A stretch of 53,938 bases of DNA, filler included, from Sphacelaria rigidula (lineage: Eukaryota), in the NCBI GenBank assembly GCA_964200075.2. It is 5 parts of 5 records of this genome, joined end to end, with 100 filler letters (N's around TTAATTAATTAA, not from the genome) between each part and the next. Parts side by side here need not be neighbours in the genome. Positions count along the whole stretch, not along the records: positions 32,425 to 43,131 come from CAXNAA020006048.1; positions 43,232 to 53,938 come from CAXNAA020006049.1; 3 more parts are not named here. One strand, written 5' to 3'. This document shows positions 34,363-47,400 of the stretch, piece after piece. The position numbers and the translations under genes are program-made. Each line of letters begins with the position of its first letter. Position 1 is the first letter of the stretch. The notes beneath the pieces are model-generated. The model was not told the origin of the DNA and did no database searches. It was given only the letters and a program-made list of their open reading frames with translations.

Positions 34363-37300
34363 GGGAGCGCGTTGAGACGGACGTCTTTGCTGCCGGGACT
34401 GCAGTTTAACACGGTAGGGCTGGCCAGCCGGCCCGACGCGTTTTACGAAGTGCCGTTCATCAGGATGGCTTTCGACGTCGTCACTTACCTGTGAGTGTCT
34501 TTCGCGTTTTGATCCACATATCGCGCAATATACGTGTACATGTGCAAAAACGAAGGAGACGGAGGGAGAGAATGCAGGTTGTCGGGGGGGGGGCGGGGGG
34601 GCGGGAGGAGAGAAGGTGAGTTTCATGATTTGTATCATCTGTATGATGGTACTCCGCCGAGTATATCCACTGCGGCGAAGCTCGTATCTGTTGGCGTGTA
34701 ATGGATGATGACTGCACCTGAACCTGCTGAAATACCGTATTTTGAGCTTCCTGTGCGTTCCATCTCTGTATCTTCTGCACACCCTGAACAGTAAATAACA
34801 TTGCCAAGGAAAATGCACTGCGGACAGTATGAAATCTGTTGGCTATTGCAATGGACACAATATACTCGATACTGTAGGCAGTACACTTTCTGACAGTGTC
34901 ATCTCCCAGCCGAGTCGAGGGTGTAATCTTCTGGACGCAATACTCGATACTGAACGCAGTACACTTTTGACAAGTGTAATTTTTCGTCATTATCCTCAGT
35001 GATGGTATCTAGCGTGTAATATTCTACCATTATCCAGCGCGTAGTATTATGTCATCATCCAACGTTTTATCTTTTGTCATCATCCGACGCGTAACCTTTT
35101 CTCATCATCCAACGCGTAATCTTCTGTCGTGTCCACGCGCTTGTTGTCGTGGTGGTTAGTGGTGATGGTCATGTCCGAATTATGCGCATGGTATACGCGT
35201 CTGTACGAGCATGTTCTCGACAATCGTTGAAATCTTTTGGTCACTTGCGCTGTGTATGCCGTGTGCGCTGTCTCTTGTCGGGCAGGCTGATGGTAGCACT
35301 GTTCTGTTTCGTCGTGAAACTAGACTCCCCTACCTACATTCCCGGCCAGGAATACGCTTTCTACGCCTACATGCTGGTGAGCTCTATCTTTGCACGAAAT
35401 GGGATTGTATATATCTACATATATAACACCTGAAAATATACACTTCGATTGATCTTCGCACTTGAACTGACCCCCCAGTCATGATCCAGCCGTGGTCACA
35501 TGATGGACGTGTCCAAGACAAATCAAAATTGAGACACTCGGTGAAGAAAAAGAAGGAACATCAAAACATACATGATATATATATATATATACACGTATAT
35601 ATTCAAGGTTCCCCTTCGGGAGGGTGGTAAGGTCCTCCCGGGGGTGACGCAAGTCGAAAATATATGGTTGAGGTGAGGCGGTTGTGTCTCAATTTACAGC
35701 AGTGATCATGGCTATATAAAACATTGCATGTGTTCTTGGATGATGGCTCCGGATAAGTTCCACCAACTTGAGTAACACGAATGTGAAGGTTGGTCAATTG
35801 TTGGGCGGCAACAATTTCGATATGTGTGGCATATGCGTATGGGTGAAACATGAGGTAGAGGTAGCTTTGAACGCTTTTGTACGTCTGGTCGGCGTGGGAC
35901 ATGTGTGGTATTCCATAAGGGCATAAGAGTGGTGGTTCTTGTCCGAAACGATTGTACATTACTGTCGCTTCCACCACATCACCCATTTTTTTTTTCAACA
36001 GGGTGATTGTTTTTTGCGGCGGAACATTTCTGTGCTGCCATGCTGCCCTGCCTTGCTCACCTCGCGAACGGCCCATTGTACCATCTTGTGTTGCTGCTGG
36101 TGACTAAGGCCAAGGCAATGTCCAATTGTTCTCAACTGCTTTGCCATCATGTTGTCGTGACATTTACCGGTGTATGCTCCCAAATGAAAGAGAACGTGGC
36201 AAAGAGAAACACGGGAGAAAATTACCCCACTAAGAGCGGTCCTGTTTCAAGCCTTCCATGATCTTCAACAGGCTTTTGTGGTTCGGGTTCTTGTTTCAAG
36301 TTTTTCGTGATCTTGAAAAGGCTTTTGTGGTTCGGAATCGACAACCCGCGAAAAAGGGCCAATTTGAGCGACCTTCGGTGGCCAGAACACGCGCCACAGG
36401 TATCAGATGACACCCAAACCTGAACGTTGGTGATGTACCGCTGAGCCTTCTTGGTGCGCTGCAAAAGAAGGCGCCGGAAAAAATGCCTTACCGCCAGGGA
36501 AAACTCGGCAAAAGCGGAGAAAAATGTGAAGTGATTAATGTACATCTATATATACGTGTGTGTTTGCTCCGAGCGCATGTGTCCAGGATAGGTATGTATA
36601 GTACGTGGAATTTTTTTTCTTGTCAGTTTTCGGAACGATTTTATGGCGATAAACAGTGGCGGGTGTTACGGCCAGGTTAACGTAAGGACAAGTTTTCCAA
36701 GCGTAGATGTCGTTGTTATTGATATTGTTGTAAATGTCTTGACGTTCAAAACCGATCCGATCTCTGCGCGATGCCTTTCAACTGCCGTACTGGCCGTTTT
36801 GATGTGGATGCCTCCCGTGGTGACAGGCTATGATCACCCAAAATAAGGTAAAAGCGAAGCAAAAGGTCATAATCCAAATTTTCGTAAACCTCCTGGGGAA
36901 GGAGGAGGAAGAAATGACAGCACAGCAGCATAGCCTGTTCAAGAAGGTCATGATTGGTTCATGCGCCCCATATCGTTCCGACACGTTTGAAGTTTCCCCC
37001 TTGCCCCCCCCCCTCCCTCCCCCCTCCCGCTGCCTTCCTCTTTAACCAGGGTACCATGGTGAACGAGCTGGGGGAGGCACGATACCTGCGCAAATTGCGT
37101 GGGCAGTCGGAGCTGTGGAATGTGGTGGAGGCGATTTTGCTGGGACTCATCTGTGCGGCGTTCACTGCACGGATTTTGGCCTTGGTTAATGACAGTCTTC
37201 GGGTGGGTTGGCTGGCGGGTAGACAACGAGTTGATTGCTCGGTTGGGTGAACGACGCAAGGGGGGAATGGAGGTGTTCACGGCTATGTTTTTTTACACAT

Positions 37301-40300
37301 TCGCTCGACGTACGTACCGGTGTCACGGTATGGTGTAAAAAATAACGAAAAAATCGTAATGTGAGCGTGTCTATCGGTGATTCACGTGGGGGGTGATGTG
37401 TGAGGTACCCGTAATATGTGCGGGTAGGGTAAGGCATTCATAGGGGGCGCATGTACTTCAATTCTTGACGCATAGGCCTGAATATTCTAGTAAGCTCCCT
37501 GCCCTTGTCTCTCAACGTGTGAGGGGGTGGGGTATTTGCTTTGGTCCGAGTTTTCGTGTGCGCTAGTTGACGTGTAGGATTTGAAATGAAAAGAGTAAAA
37601 GCAGGGGTAGAGAAGGAGACAGAGTATGGATGACCCTGAAAACTCTCTCTTCCTCTTTTTTCTTTTCTCTTTTGGATTTGATAGGAGAGCGCGTTCTTCC
37701 TGGCACAGCTCTTCCTGGCGGTGGCGGCTCCGCTACTCTTCTCTCGCGTGCTGTTCCTCGCTCAGATCGACGAGAATCTTGGTCTTATGGTACAGGTAAA
37801 TAGGTTCCGTCTATCTTCACGACTGCGATGAACCGAAACGATTTTGGATGCAAGGCCAACATGAGGAATGATCCACACCTTGGACAATATATGGTCAATA
37901 TTTGCAATAGACGAGAAGTGTACTGCATAAAGTATAGGCCTATTGCGACTGTTGTCGGCGGGCAGTAGTTGCAATAGGCCTATACTTGATGCAGTATACT
38001 TCTCGTCTTTTGCATCTATTGACCATATGTTGTTAAGGGTGCGGAATGATCCCGTTCACACGAAGGAAACTTACACCTCTCATAACGATGGATCTTGTTT
38101 GTTTGTCTGTTTTCCCCCCACTTTCCCTGAGCCCTGGGCGTCCCCTTGAATGTACCTTTCAACGGAGGAGAATCGACGCGGAGATCAAGCTTCCGCGCAC
38201 GTACAGCAGAACAGAAAAATAGGAGGAAAAAAACGGATCAAACAAAATGGAATATACCGGCTGTGGTGTGGTAGTCTTAGAATGCGTTCGAGAACAATAT
38301 TTTCTACTTTTGAGTGATGCTACGATAGGGGTTGTTGCACTTTCTTAGCGAAAATGTTCTCTCGGGGCGCTGGACGGATCATTTTGAGAATCGGCACCAT
38401 TTTTACTTGAAAATGACTGAAACCGATGCCGATTCACGAGAAGGCCGCTGCGTGCATCTCCATGTCCGGTCCCCGGGGATTTGGGTTGCACGGTAAGCCC
38501 CATCCATATATTTGGGCTCCTACAAAAAATAGACCCAGGAACAAAAAGGGCAACCCTCAATTATCGTAGCATGGCTCTTTTGTCTCGTTTTCCGTTTGCT
38601 GTTTGTTTTTTTCCTTTATTCTCCTGTTCATTTCTTTCTCTTCCTGTTCCCCGCTTGCTTCTCTCCAGTGTGGTTCCGTTTCCCTCCCGCTATCTATTTT
38701 GCATATTTCATCAACCACTTGATGATAATCACACCTCGGACAATATATGGTCAATAGTTGCAGTAGGCAAGAAGTGTACTGCATGAGGTATGGGCCTATT
38801 GCGACTGTTGTCGGCCGACAGTAGTTGCAATAGGCCTATACTTTATGCAGTACACTTCTCGTCTATTGCATCTATTGGCCATATATTGTCCAGGGTGTGA
38901 TGATTATATTGCGTTGATTCATTCGTGGTTTTGTTGTTAAAGACGCGAAAAAAAGAAAAACCCAAAAATTTGCGCACCCCCCCCCCCCCCTCCCCCTGAC
39001 CTGAAACGACCCAAACCCACGAAAACAGGTACTGTTCCGAATGGTGAAGGAGGTACTCAAATTCGGGGTGGTTATCGGCGTGGTCCTGCTAGGCTTCGCT
39101 ATGGCCATGTACGCTTTGTTCGGCGAGGAGGAAGAGGAGGTCGTTGAAGAAACCACGTCTACTAGTAGCTCACGAGGAGTCGTAAATGATGATGACACGA
39201 CCGCTGGGCTCCTGTCGTTCGACCCTGGTTTCCTGCATGCCGGCGCTCACAGGTGAGTGGTCGACCCTTTCCTCGTTCACCTTCATTTATACTTTCACGA
39301 TTTACCGTCTCCGCCGTCCTCTTCCCCTCCCCCGTCCCCTCGGGGTGACTTACTGCAAGCCCGATCTGGCGAAAACCCGGTGTGCTCCGTCCCGGCTTTT
39401 TGGGGATGCGAGGTCAACGGTCATATGGCTATGGCTATGGCGTGAAAGATCATGTGTACTCCATCCCCCCGCCACATTTTGTTGCTGTTCTTGTTTTCGG
39501 CTTCACTGTGCTGGTCTTTTGTCCTCTCTCTACACAGTGTCCCCTTCCTTTACCGATTTTTCTTTTAGTGAGTGAAAAGAAGTGATGATGGGGAGAACTC
39601 AGAACTAACACTGGAAAAAACGGGAAAACAAAGAAAACTATACATACACGGAAGAACTGGCAATTATGCCAACAAGCACAGAAGGTTGAGCAAAAGAAAA
39701 GCCAACAAACGGGCGGTAGTATCTCGGTTTGATTTTGCCGTGGGCAAATCTATTTTGTAACTAAGGCGGGCTCCCTCGTAATCGATTTGTGAATGCCCAA
39801 TAACCAATCTAATCAACCAGTCTGTCGTCGCGAGAGAGTACAGATGGGTCCTAAAGCGACCGGCGGAGGTGCATTGTGTGGAAAACACCTGCGTTATTTT
39901 ACAACAGTAGTGCGACTGAATCGTGGACTGGGGACTGCCTAATACCCTCCGAGCATGTGTATATATATATGCATATCTCTCAATATGACCGGCGTGATGC
40001 GTGTCTTTTTTTAACGTGTCCTCATGTTTCTGAACTGGTTCAAAGGTGTTTTCCTCAAAACGCCATGTTTGCCGACCGGTTCGAAGAATGGTCTTGTTGG
40101 AGTTTCTTGGGCGCGCACGAGATGGTACAGGTCGACGGCCCCTGAATGATCCACTGGGTGACGTTCACGAAAATTTGTGGATCTGTTTCCGGTGTCTGCT
40201 GTGATTCTGCACGACTTTCGTGTCTCTGGCTGTCTCTCTTTCACTCACGTTCGATCATGTCAGTAGAGATCTTTCTCCAGATTGGTGCCCGAGGTAGACG

Positions 40301-42827
40301 TGATCTGACGAGTTGACGTGAAGTTCACAGCAACAGCTGTTTTGCTTCGAGAGCGTATTCAAAGCCTTCGCAAATCACGTTTTTCTCTCCCCATCCTTGA
40401 ACTGGTGACGATGACTTTGGTGTTGCCCCGCGCTCGGCTTATACCCCGTTTAACACTCCTCCTCCCTCAAAACCAACACCGATATTACCCCACATGCGGC
40501 AGTTGTGGAAATGGCTGAATCGTTGGATGCAGTCTCGTCCCTCCTTCATCAAACTCCGTTTCCCCAAATATATGCTCGATTTTTTTTCCCGAGAATCCCT
40601 CTTCGGCCATAACTTCCCGAAGGACAGCCCGAAGATAACTGGTGTTTGGGGTGACAAATAGTGACGTGAGGTGATCAATTCAAGGAACGCATAAATATAT
40701 CCATGCATGTAAATGGATAGTGTTCCACACTCTGGATAATGACGAACGGGGTCCGTTGTCAAAAATTGTACTGCGTGCAGTATTGACTCTCGCGTGTGTT
40801 GCAATAGAGATTTGATTTATCATGTGTGAGGACTAAATAGAGTAGTTGTGGTTGATTTCACCGTGGTGCTGTAGTGAGTAACCGAGTTTTTCCGAGAAGG
40901 ATAGATGTACTGCTGCAGTCTTTTCATGAACCTATAATGATGATGTTTTCTCTTTTTTCTTTTTTTTTCTTGTGCTTTGTACCTGTGCGTTTGTTCCGTT
41001 TTACTCTCCTGCGCCTTTGCCGTATCGACCGACCAGGTTCATGCAATCCGCGAGCTCCACAGCCTCGTCGGACTCGGCATCGTGGGACATTTCTGAGGTG
41101 CGCCACAATTGAAAGCTGCAAGCATCTCGAAGTTTTTGCATGAGACCCATATATTTTATTCGGATGTTGGGGAGGGGGGCGAAGATTCGCGGACTCTGGA
41201 CCATCCTTGGTCGATCGTTGCGTCATTTTTTTTCCTTCTTGACCCGCCGTCTCACCCCTCCTCTTCCTCGTAATGGGATGAGCCCTTCCTCTTCAAGGGG
41301 TTATCCCTCTCGCCTCCAGTACGATTTTTTATGCTGAAGTTTTGGTATGCGATATTGCGGGTTGAAAGGAAAACTCTTGCATCGCGTCGACTTTCGTCAT
41401 TGGCATCCTTTTGCTGCTCACGTACCTTCTCACGTTTTTTTTCTTCCCAACGACGAAACATCGGATACTACTCCCGAGAGAGAGAGAAAGGAGAAAGAAG
41501 TGTAGGGTTGAATGTATGTGCCGGAATTTGATCCACCTACTGTACTCCTCCTTGATTAGTTTTTCGTTGTCCAATACTTTTTTAACACCGAGACGCGGGT
41601 GTCACGTGTGTGTGTGTGTGTGCATGTGTATGTACCTGCACGAGAAAGAAAAAAAGCGCGACAAAAAGTCATGGTCCAGAATCCAGAGACGGGCTTTCGG
41701 TCCTCGAGCATTCCCCCCCCCCCCCCCCCCCCCCCCCCCACCCCCACCCCCCACCCCACCCCCCCACACCATACACACACCATCCCCTNNNNNNNNNNAA
41801 AAAAAAAAAAGACAAAAGCAATCTTTTCTCTTTAAACCAGGGGGCAGCTTTTGTCCTCGCCCATCCCCCCCCCCCCCCCCCCCCCTCCCCCAAACTTTTA
41901 CTTGATAACGTTGTGCGACATGTAGTGCTGGAGCCACTTGTCTTTGCGTCAGAATATAGTCAGAAGTATGTATGAATATTTAAATATTCCCATCCGGATA
42001 CCGTCATCAGACCGCAGAGAAAAAGATTACAAGTATAACCTGTGATTTTTTGTCCGTCTGGTATACTACAAAGTACAGCACATTACAAGTATATGTGCCA
42101 TGTAGTGTCATTTTTGAATCGGTGGAGCAAGTACAGAGAATACACCCTACGGCTCAACCCCCCCCCCCCCGCGCGCGCGCGCGCACGCCTTCCTGTCCTC
42201 CCCGCCCAACCTTTCCCGTCAATGATTTCAGATATCCCTGCCAAGCTATTCGAGTTTCGGGGATTCGGCGTTGACTCTATTCAAAGCAATGTTCGGTGAC
42301 TTCGACTTGTCGGAGTTCGCCAGCGTCAGGTACAGCACACTCGTGCCGCGCGTCCGTTATTTTTTCTTCTTGTTCTTCAGTACAGTTTGTTTGGGAGGCG
42401 TCCCATCCCTCCATTGTACGGTCGGTCACTTTACAGTGCTGGTAGTTCCGCCCCGCGGTTATCATCATGACCGTCACAAGTTGTTCCGAGCTTTACTTTC
42501 AGCGAGTGTTTCCCCTTTGTTTTTTCCTTTTTCGGGTATTCGTACGGAATATTGTGATCACCGCTGATCACTGTGGGATCGGTTATCGTGCGGCAATCTA
42601 TCGAACCATCGACAGGTAAGATGTTCTGTCTGTTTTGTTCAGTTTTGTGTTGAGTGTCCCATGCTTAATGCGTTGTGTGTGTGTTTTTTTTTTTCACCAG
42701 GTACGGTTCGGCGGGAGTAGGCTTGATGGTGGCATTCTTGGTCATCATGGTCCTCACGCTTCTCAACCTCCTCATCGCCTTTCTGACGGCGGCGCACGGT
42801 GACATCCAGAAGACTGCCAAGGCGAAG
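34363..42827 (+). CDS. TRP-like (Ion_trans, 6-TM) cation channel, S1-S6 region; partial at both ends
   Basis: GT-AG exons 34363-34490, 35286-35376, 37050-37202, 37685-37795, 39029-39252, [40281-40293 inferred], 42232-42329 and 42701-42827. Translation shows pre-S1 FYEVPFIRMAFDVVTYL, S2 EYAFYAYMLGTMVNELGE, S3 LWNVVE, S4-S5 linker IDENLGLMVQVLFRMVKEVLKF, pore YSSFGDSALTLFKAMFGDFD and S6 VLTLLNLLIA. Confidence 0.9.
34825..35130 (+). repeat. Degenerate internally repetitive element
   Basis: ATACTCGATACTG...GCAGTACACTTT.TGACA occurs twice, then several TCATC(A)TCCAACGCGTAAT-like units. A related inverted copy lies at about 40730-40825. Confidence 0.6.
35447..35560 (-). repeat. LINE/SINE-like 3' end, third copy
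   Basis: GATTGAT..TCGCACTT.AACTGACCCCCCAG...TCCAGCCGTGGTC.CATGAT.GACGT matches 11674-11780. Confidence 0.75.
37874..38043. mobile_element. 170-bp palindromic hAT-type MITE, copy 1
   Basis: Near-perfect foldback CACACC...GGGTGCG with a perfect 8-bp TSD GAATGATC (37866-37873 and 38044-38051). Confidence 0.9.
38730..38899. mobile_element. 170-bp palindromic hAT-type MITE, copy 2
   Basis: Same family and length as 37874-38043. TSD ATGATAAT / ATGATTAT (7 of 8). Confidence 0.9.
39344..39460 (+). repeat. Family P1, short copy 4
   Basis: GTGCTCCGTCCCGGCTTT...GCGAGGTCAACGGTCATAT...GATCATGTGTAC followed by a C-rich tract. Confidence 0.8.
41789..41798. other. 10-N scaffold gap next to poly-C tracts
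   Basis: Ten Ns amid long C runs. Confidence 0.95.
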
Positions 42828-42993
42828 GTAAGGTGTCGGTTGGCTGATTGATAAATGGCTGATTTTATGGTCGGTTGCACATGTAGAACAGATCATGATC
42901 TGTCTGAAATAACTGATGAAGGAGCACTATCAGATCCGTTGATCCGAGAACACGAAACACGTGACCGCGGAATCTGATGAGTCAAAGTGCAAC

Positions 42994-43131
42994 GTTATTA
43001 CTATTATCATTACTAGTATTATTACTACTATTACTATTACTATTACTATTACTATTACTATTACTATTACTATTACTATTACTATTACTATTACTATTAC
43101 TATTACTATTACTATTACTTTTACTATTACT
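42994..43131 (+). repeat. (TATTAC)n hexanucleotide microsatellite at contig end
   Basis: More than 20 near-perfect units running into the linker. Confidence 0.95.
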
Positions 43132-43231
43132 NNNNNNNNNNNNNNNNNNNNNNNNNNNNNNNNNNNNNNNNNNNNTTAATTAATTAANNNNNNNNNNNNN
43201 NNNNNNNNNNNNNNNNNNNNNNNNNNNNNNN
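43132..43231. other. Artificial contig linker
   Basis: N44-TTAATTAATTAA-N44. Confidence 0.98.
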
Positions 43232-43331
43232 TTGGGTGGGGCTTTTTCCATTTCGATTTACGTGAACATTTTGCCTCCCAAAACCATGCACTTTTGGGGG
43301 GGGGGGGGGGGCTATCGTAGAAAGTGTCACG
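43232..43331 (+). mobile_element. Right end of the MITE family seen at 19460-19712 (truncated by contig start)
   Basis: CCATTTCGATTTACGTGAA.ATTTTGCCTCCCAAAACCATG.ACTTTT-G(n)-CTATCGTAGAAAGTGTCAC is shared. Confidence 0.85.
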
Positions 43332-44442
43332 CACTTGCTGTACTGCACTCTTGTGATGGAAGGTACTTTGGGAGAACACAGTGGTGACGTACCACAGCAG
43401 GAGAAAGAGATCATCACTATCGATTGTACAGATATGCATGATGGGGGGTCAATCATCTTCACACATGCAGTGCGATTGGTTGCAACAGCAAGCCGCAGCG
43501 CCGCAGTATTCTGCAGTAATGTAGAGTAGAGTAGAAGTTGTACGAACATGAATATACGTGTGCAGACAACATCGCTGTTGGTTCAGTAGCGACACTGAAG
43601 CATCATACACGGTGTAACAAATCAGTACAGCAATATATAGCAACAGTAACAGATGCGAGGGTCGCAACATTGTTCAAATATTACAGGGAACGAATACGAG
43701 CAACAGCAGTTTTGTAGCTGAGTGGTTGCACTTTGAAGTGCCCCAAGACTCACTGGCTGCGATACATGTCCTTGTACACGTCGTCTGGGCTGTGCACATG
43801 CTAATCGTTCTCCGGTTTGGGCCTTTCAAGTAACTTCATTGGAGACCGATCATAGACGGCGCTGATTTCAACGCTGTGCGTGGTCTTCAGTTCACATGTA
43901 CCCCCGTTGTAGTTGGTCGGTCAGAGTGGTTGCCGGCTCCGACCGGGCTTCAGGTCGTCGGCGTTGTGTGTGGTCGCTACACCATGTCATCTTCTGTGAG
44001 CTCTGTGGGAACTAATACCCTGCAGCTCTGCAATTTTTGTATTGGTGTACATCGACAACATCGGTTGTTTGTACACAGGGAGATCATGTACTTGAAGACG
44101 AAAATTACAGTCAGGCTGTGCCCTCTGTTTCTTTGCCTCTACGCAAGTGTAACGACTATGTGCATGAACACATCGCCAATACATGTGGTTGCCCTCTGGT
44201 GCAGCTGTTCAAGCCACTTCGCAACTGCACCTTCACTGAAGCTTCCAATCACTAGGCGAGTCGACATGCCGACGAGTGCGCAGAGGGATTCTCATCCGCG
44301 AGTGGACGCAAATAAGACGCAAACGCCGCGGCCGCTGCTGCTCATGTATAGACTCACTCACTCGCGTAATAGGGCCGTGTACTGCCCACGTCGTACAACG
44401 GAAACTGGCCTCATACTCATCACTTCGATCAGCTGTACGCAC

Positions 44443-47400
44443 CTTTTGCATTCGAAACAGGTCCCCCCACTTGAGATCTGGGTCCGTGTAGATCGGTCCG
44501 AGCTCAGGCCCCACTCGTTTGACGAACGCTCGAACGTCCTTCTGCAGCGCTCGTCGAATCCCCGGTAGCTTGTTCTGGCCCAAACATGTTCACATCACCC
44601 GAATCAAAAGTGAGCCCATGCAAGTAGAAGCGGTGTGAACATCGTGGGAAATATGTCCAGCAGACCTTCATGTGTAAGTTGCTCGATACATGGGTACACA
44701 CACCCGTGTCAAAAAACGTCTGGGATGACTTGAGGCAAGGGGATCATCAACATGCCCTGCCGCAAAAATACACTCAGCCGTGAATGACAAGCATCACGTG
44801 CCCACTCTACAGTGCTTCTCGAAGTTTTCGTCACGACAAATACGCCGTGCTTGTTCGCTTTGGGCACTTTTCCAGACCAAAGTGCGACACTTGCGACATG
44901 AGACACATCACATGAGACACATTACAGAAACGAAATAACACGCGACAGGGTCCACGGCTACAGTCACCGCGGTCGAATCCTTCCGGTTCATCAGACTATT
45001 CTTCGGTGTACTAACCATCATCCTTCGGCTGGAGGGGCGAAGGCGGTTTAGAAGTGGCTTCATATCCTTCAGGTCCACCATGCCAGACGCCGTTCCGATG
45101 ACCCCAGCGTAGCTGAATAACGGGAAGGAAATCATGACCAGCACCTGTGTGACAGTCAATAGAGAGTGCATCAAATGACTGAGCGCCGTGAATATGCCGT
45201 GTGATAGCCTTTCATCACTCGCACAAGCATCCCGCATGAATGTTTCAATTTGTAACGAATCTCACTTTTAGCCACATGGACAATAGGAATCCATGCCATA
45301 GGCACATAATCACACTTCACATCAATGGGTTGTTTCACTGCCCTTCATGGCGTGCAGCAGAGCCTGGACCCTCGCGGTGCAAAGACCGACAAGTGCCACC
45401 TACGACTTCGTATCTTGCACAACAATCCAGTCACGCTTCGCAACATCAATGTACTACGAGACACCGACGCCAGAGAGTCCACCAGCATACGAGACCAGGC
45501 TACAAAAAAACGAAGCCCGCTGTGTTCACCCCCGAAATACTTCCATTGGTACAATTTCAACAGGGCGAGTTTTCCACCATGCGGCACACTAGATTACCTT
45601 GGTCGAAAGGCTCCAAGAGGTGAGCACCATAAGGAGCACAGCGTAAAATAGCCAGAGGAGTGGCACGATGACGATAGAGATCATGATCTTCTTGCTCATC
45701 ATAACGTCCCGACCCGCGATCTTCACAACGGACCCTGCCAGTGCCTTTTTGCGCTCGTGCGCTGCCGTAACCCTTCAAGGAAACAACACAGCAGCGCGGA
45801 GCTTGTTGCTGTAATATTTGCGGAGAAACTGACAAAAACTGTCAGAAACTACACCAGGCCTGGGTTCGCGAGCCCCTTGACGCCGACACATAACACATGG
45901 ACGAACATTCCAACACCCCGTCGGCATGCGCTTGGAGCAAACACAGGGCAAAATATCCTGGAAGATTTGGAGAACTAACTTATTATTGGCATGCACACGG
46001 CATCCAGTAGATACTGTCCCGAGACAAATGCTCTACTAATAGTGAGACTGCGAGCGACGATTGTACCTGGCCACGATGCCCACTGGCAAGTTGAGGATGA
46101 GAGATGGAACGGAGGCCAGCAGAAGAACTGCAAACATGTGCACCACGGTGTACGTTGCCTTCAGCGGATTTGGCGACTCCAGCGTACGCACCTGCACTTC
46201 GAGTAAAACATTTAGGCGCCAGTAGCGCATCAGTAACGAATCAAAATGTCCCACCGTAAAAGCCCGGGGAGCTCGCTTGCATTTTTCTCCACTCATCAGG
46301 CTTTCAAGTTCGTCATGTGCAGAGTATATACCCGGAGTTCTTTGCACGTGAGTAATAACACCTTGATCGGGTCCCCATCATATTTATATCAGCGGGATTC
46401 CTCCGCAGCATCTGCTAAATCCTCTTTATTATCTTCCAAAATAAAACATTATGCGGACTGGCGACAAAACTAAAAATATCAGAAACGCACGGTAGACCTT
46501 CGGGGAAATAATTCAAAATATAGAAAATCAATAGTGCTCTTGGAGTGACCCCGTACCTACGGACCAACCACCCTGTATAATACTGCAGAGTTGCCATCGC
46601 ACCTGGTAGTCTCTCATTCCCAGAGTCCCCAGCATTTGACGGTATTCCTCTAGCCGCTCCTTAAGCTGTGCGGCATCGTCCGGCATGCCCTCCTCTGCGT
46701 ATCGCTGAGTCACGCAGTGTGCAAGTTTGGAAGCGCCCACCGAACACGGAATGACTCAGGCGCACTCCGTAGTCCAGTAGACATCGGTACACCGGCACAA
46801 AAAGCCGCTCCGACGAATAGCGACTGCGCCTACCAAATATCAGCAGTGTCGAGCGGAGCTACCGTACAGCGGGTTGACTCTCCTCGCAGATTGCGCATCA
46901 TCAAAACAAGTAGCATTAAATGTGCCCGCAAGGATCATCGCAACTCTCGCTCGAGAAGTATGCTAACGCCGTTTGAGAAACCGTGCCCGTCCTATCCATT
47001 GACTATGCATGTACTGCATTGATGGGCAGTCAGCGAAAATTAATACGGCGATGGCAGCGGGCGTCGTTGGCATCGATCCCATCCCTATTACCAGCTCTAC
47101 ATCAACAGGGTACCTGAGCGAGAATTTTGTAGCTCTCGGCGAAGCGTCGGTTCATGTCCTGCTTCTGCGCCGGCGGTGGCATGACGTCATCGGGCTGAAA
47201 CAGTCGTCGAGCGGTGTACACCAGCTGCAACGAGTCGTAGTCTGGCGCAGTAACCAGGCATCCCTGTGAAGGCGAAATGCACGTAACACCGGTCAGCGGC
47301 AAGCACGACTTTTTCCACCAGCAGTGCCACGAACTAGCCACGAAGATAAGCCAGTGTTGCGCCAAAACACATTTTTTTCAGCGCAGAATCTGACCGCGTT

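Noticed and set aside
42994..43131. Possible telomeric repeat at contig end
   Set aside because: The unit is not TTAGGG-like and lies just after an internal splice donor of the TRP gene, so it is an intronic microsatellite.
42961..43183. Poly-(IT) and poly-L ORFs
   Set aside because: They are translations of the (TATTAC)n microsatellite.
43876..44568. 230-aa plus-strand ORF
   Set aside because: It is antisense to the acyltransferase 3' region with no motif, so it is a shadow ORF.
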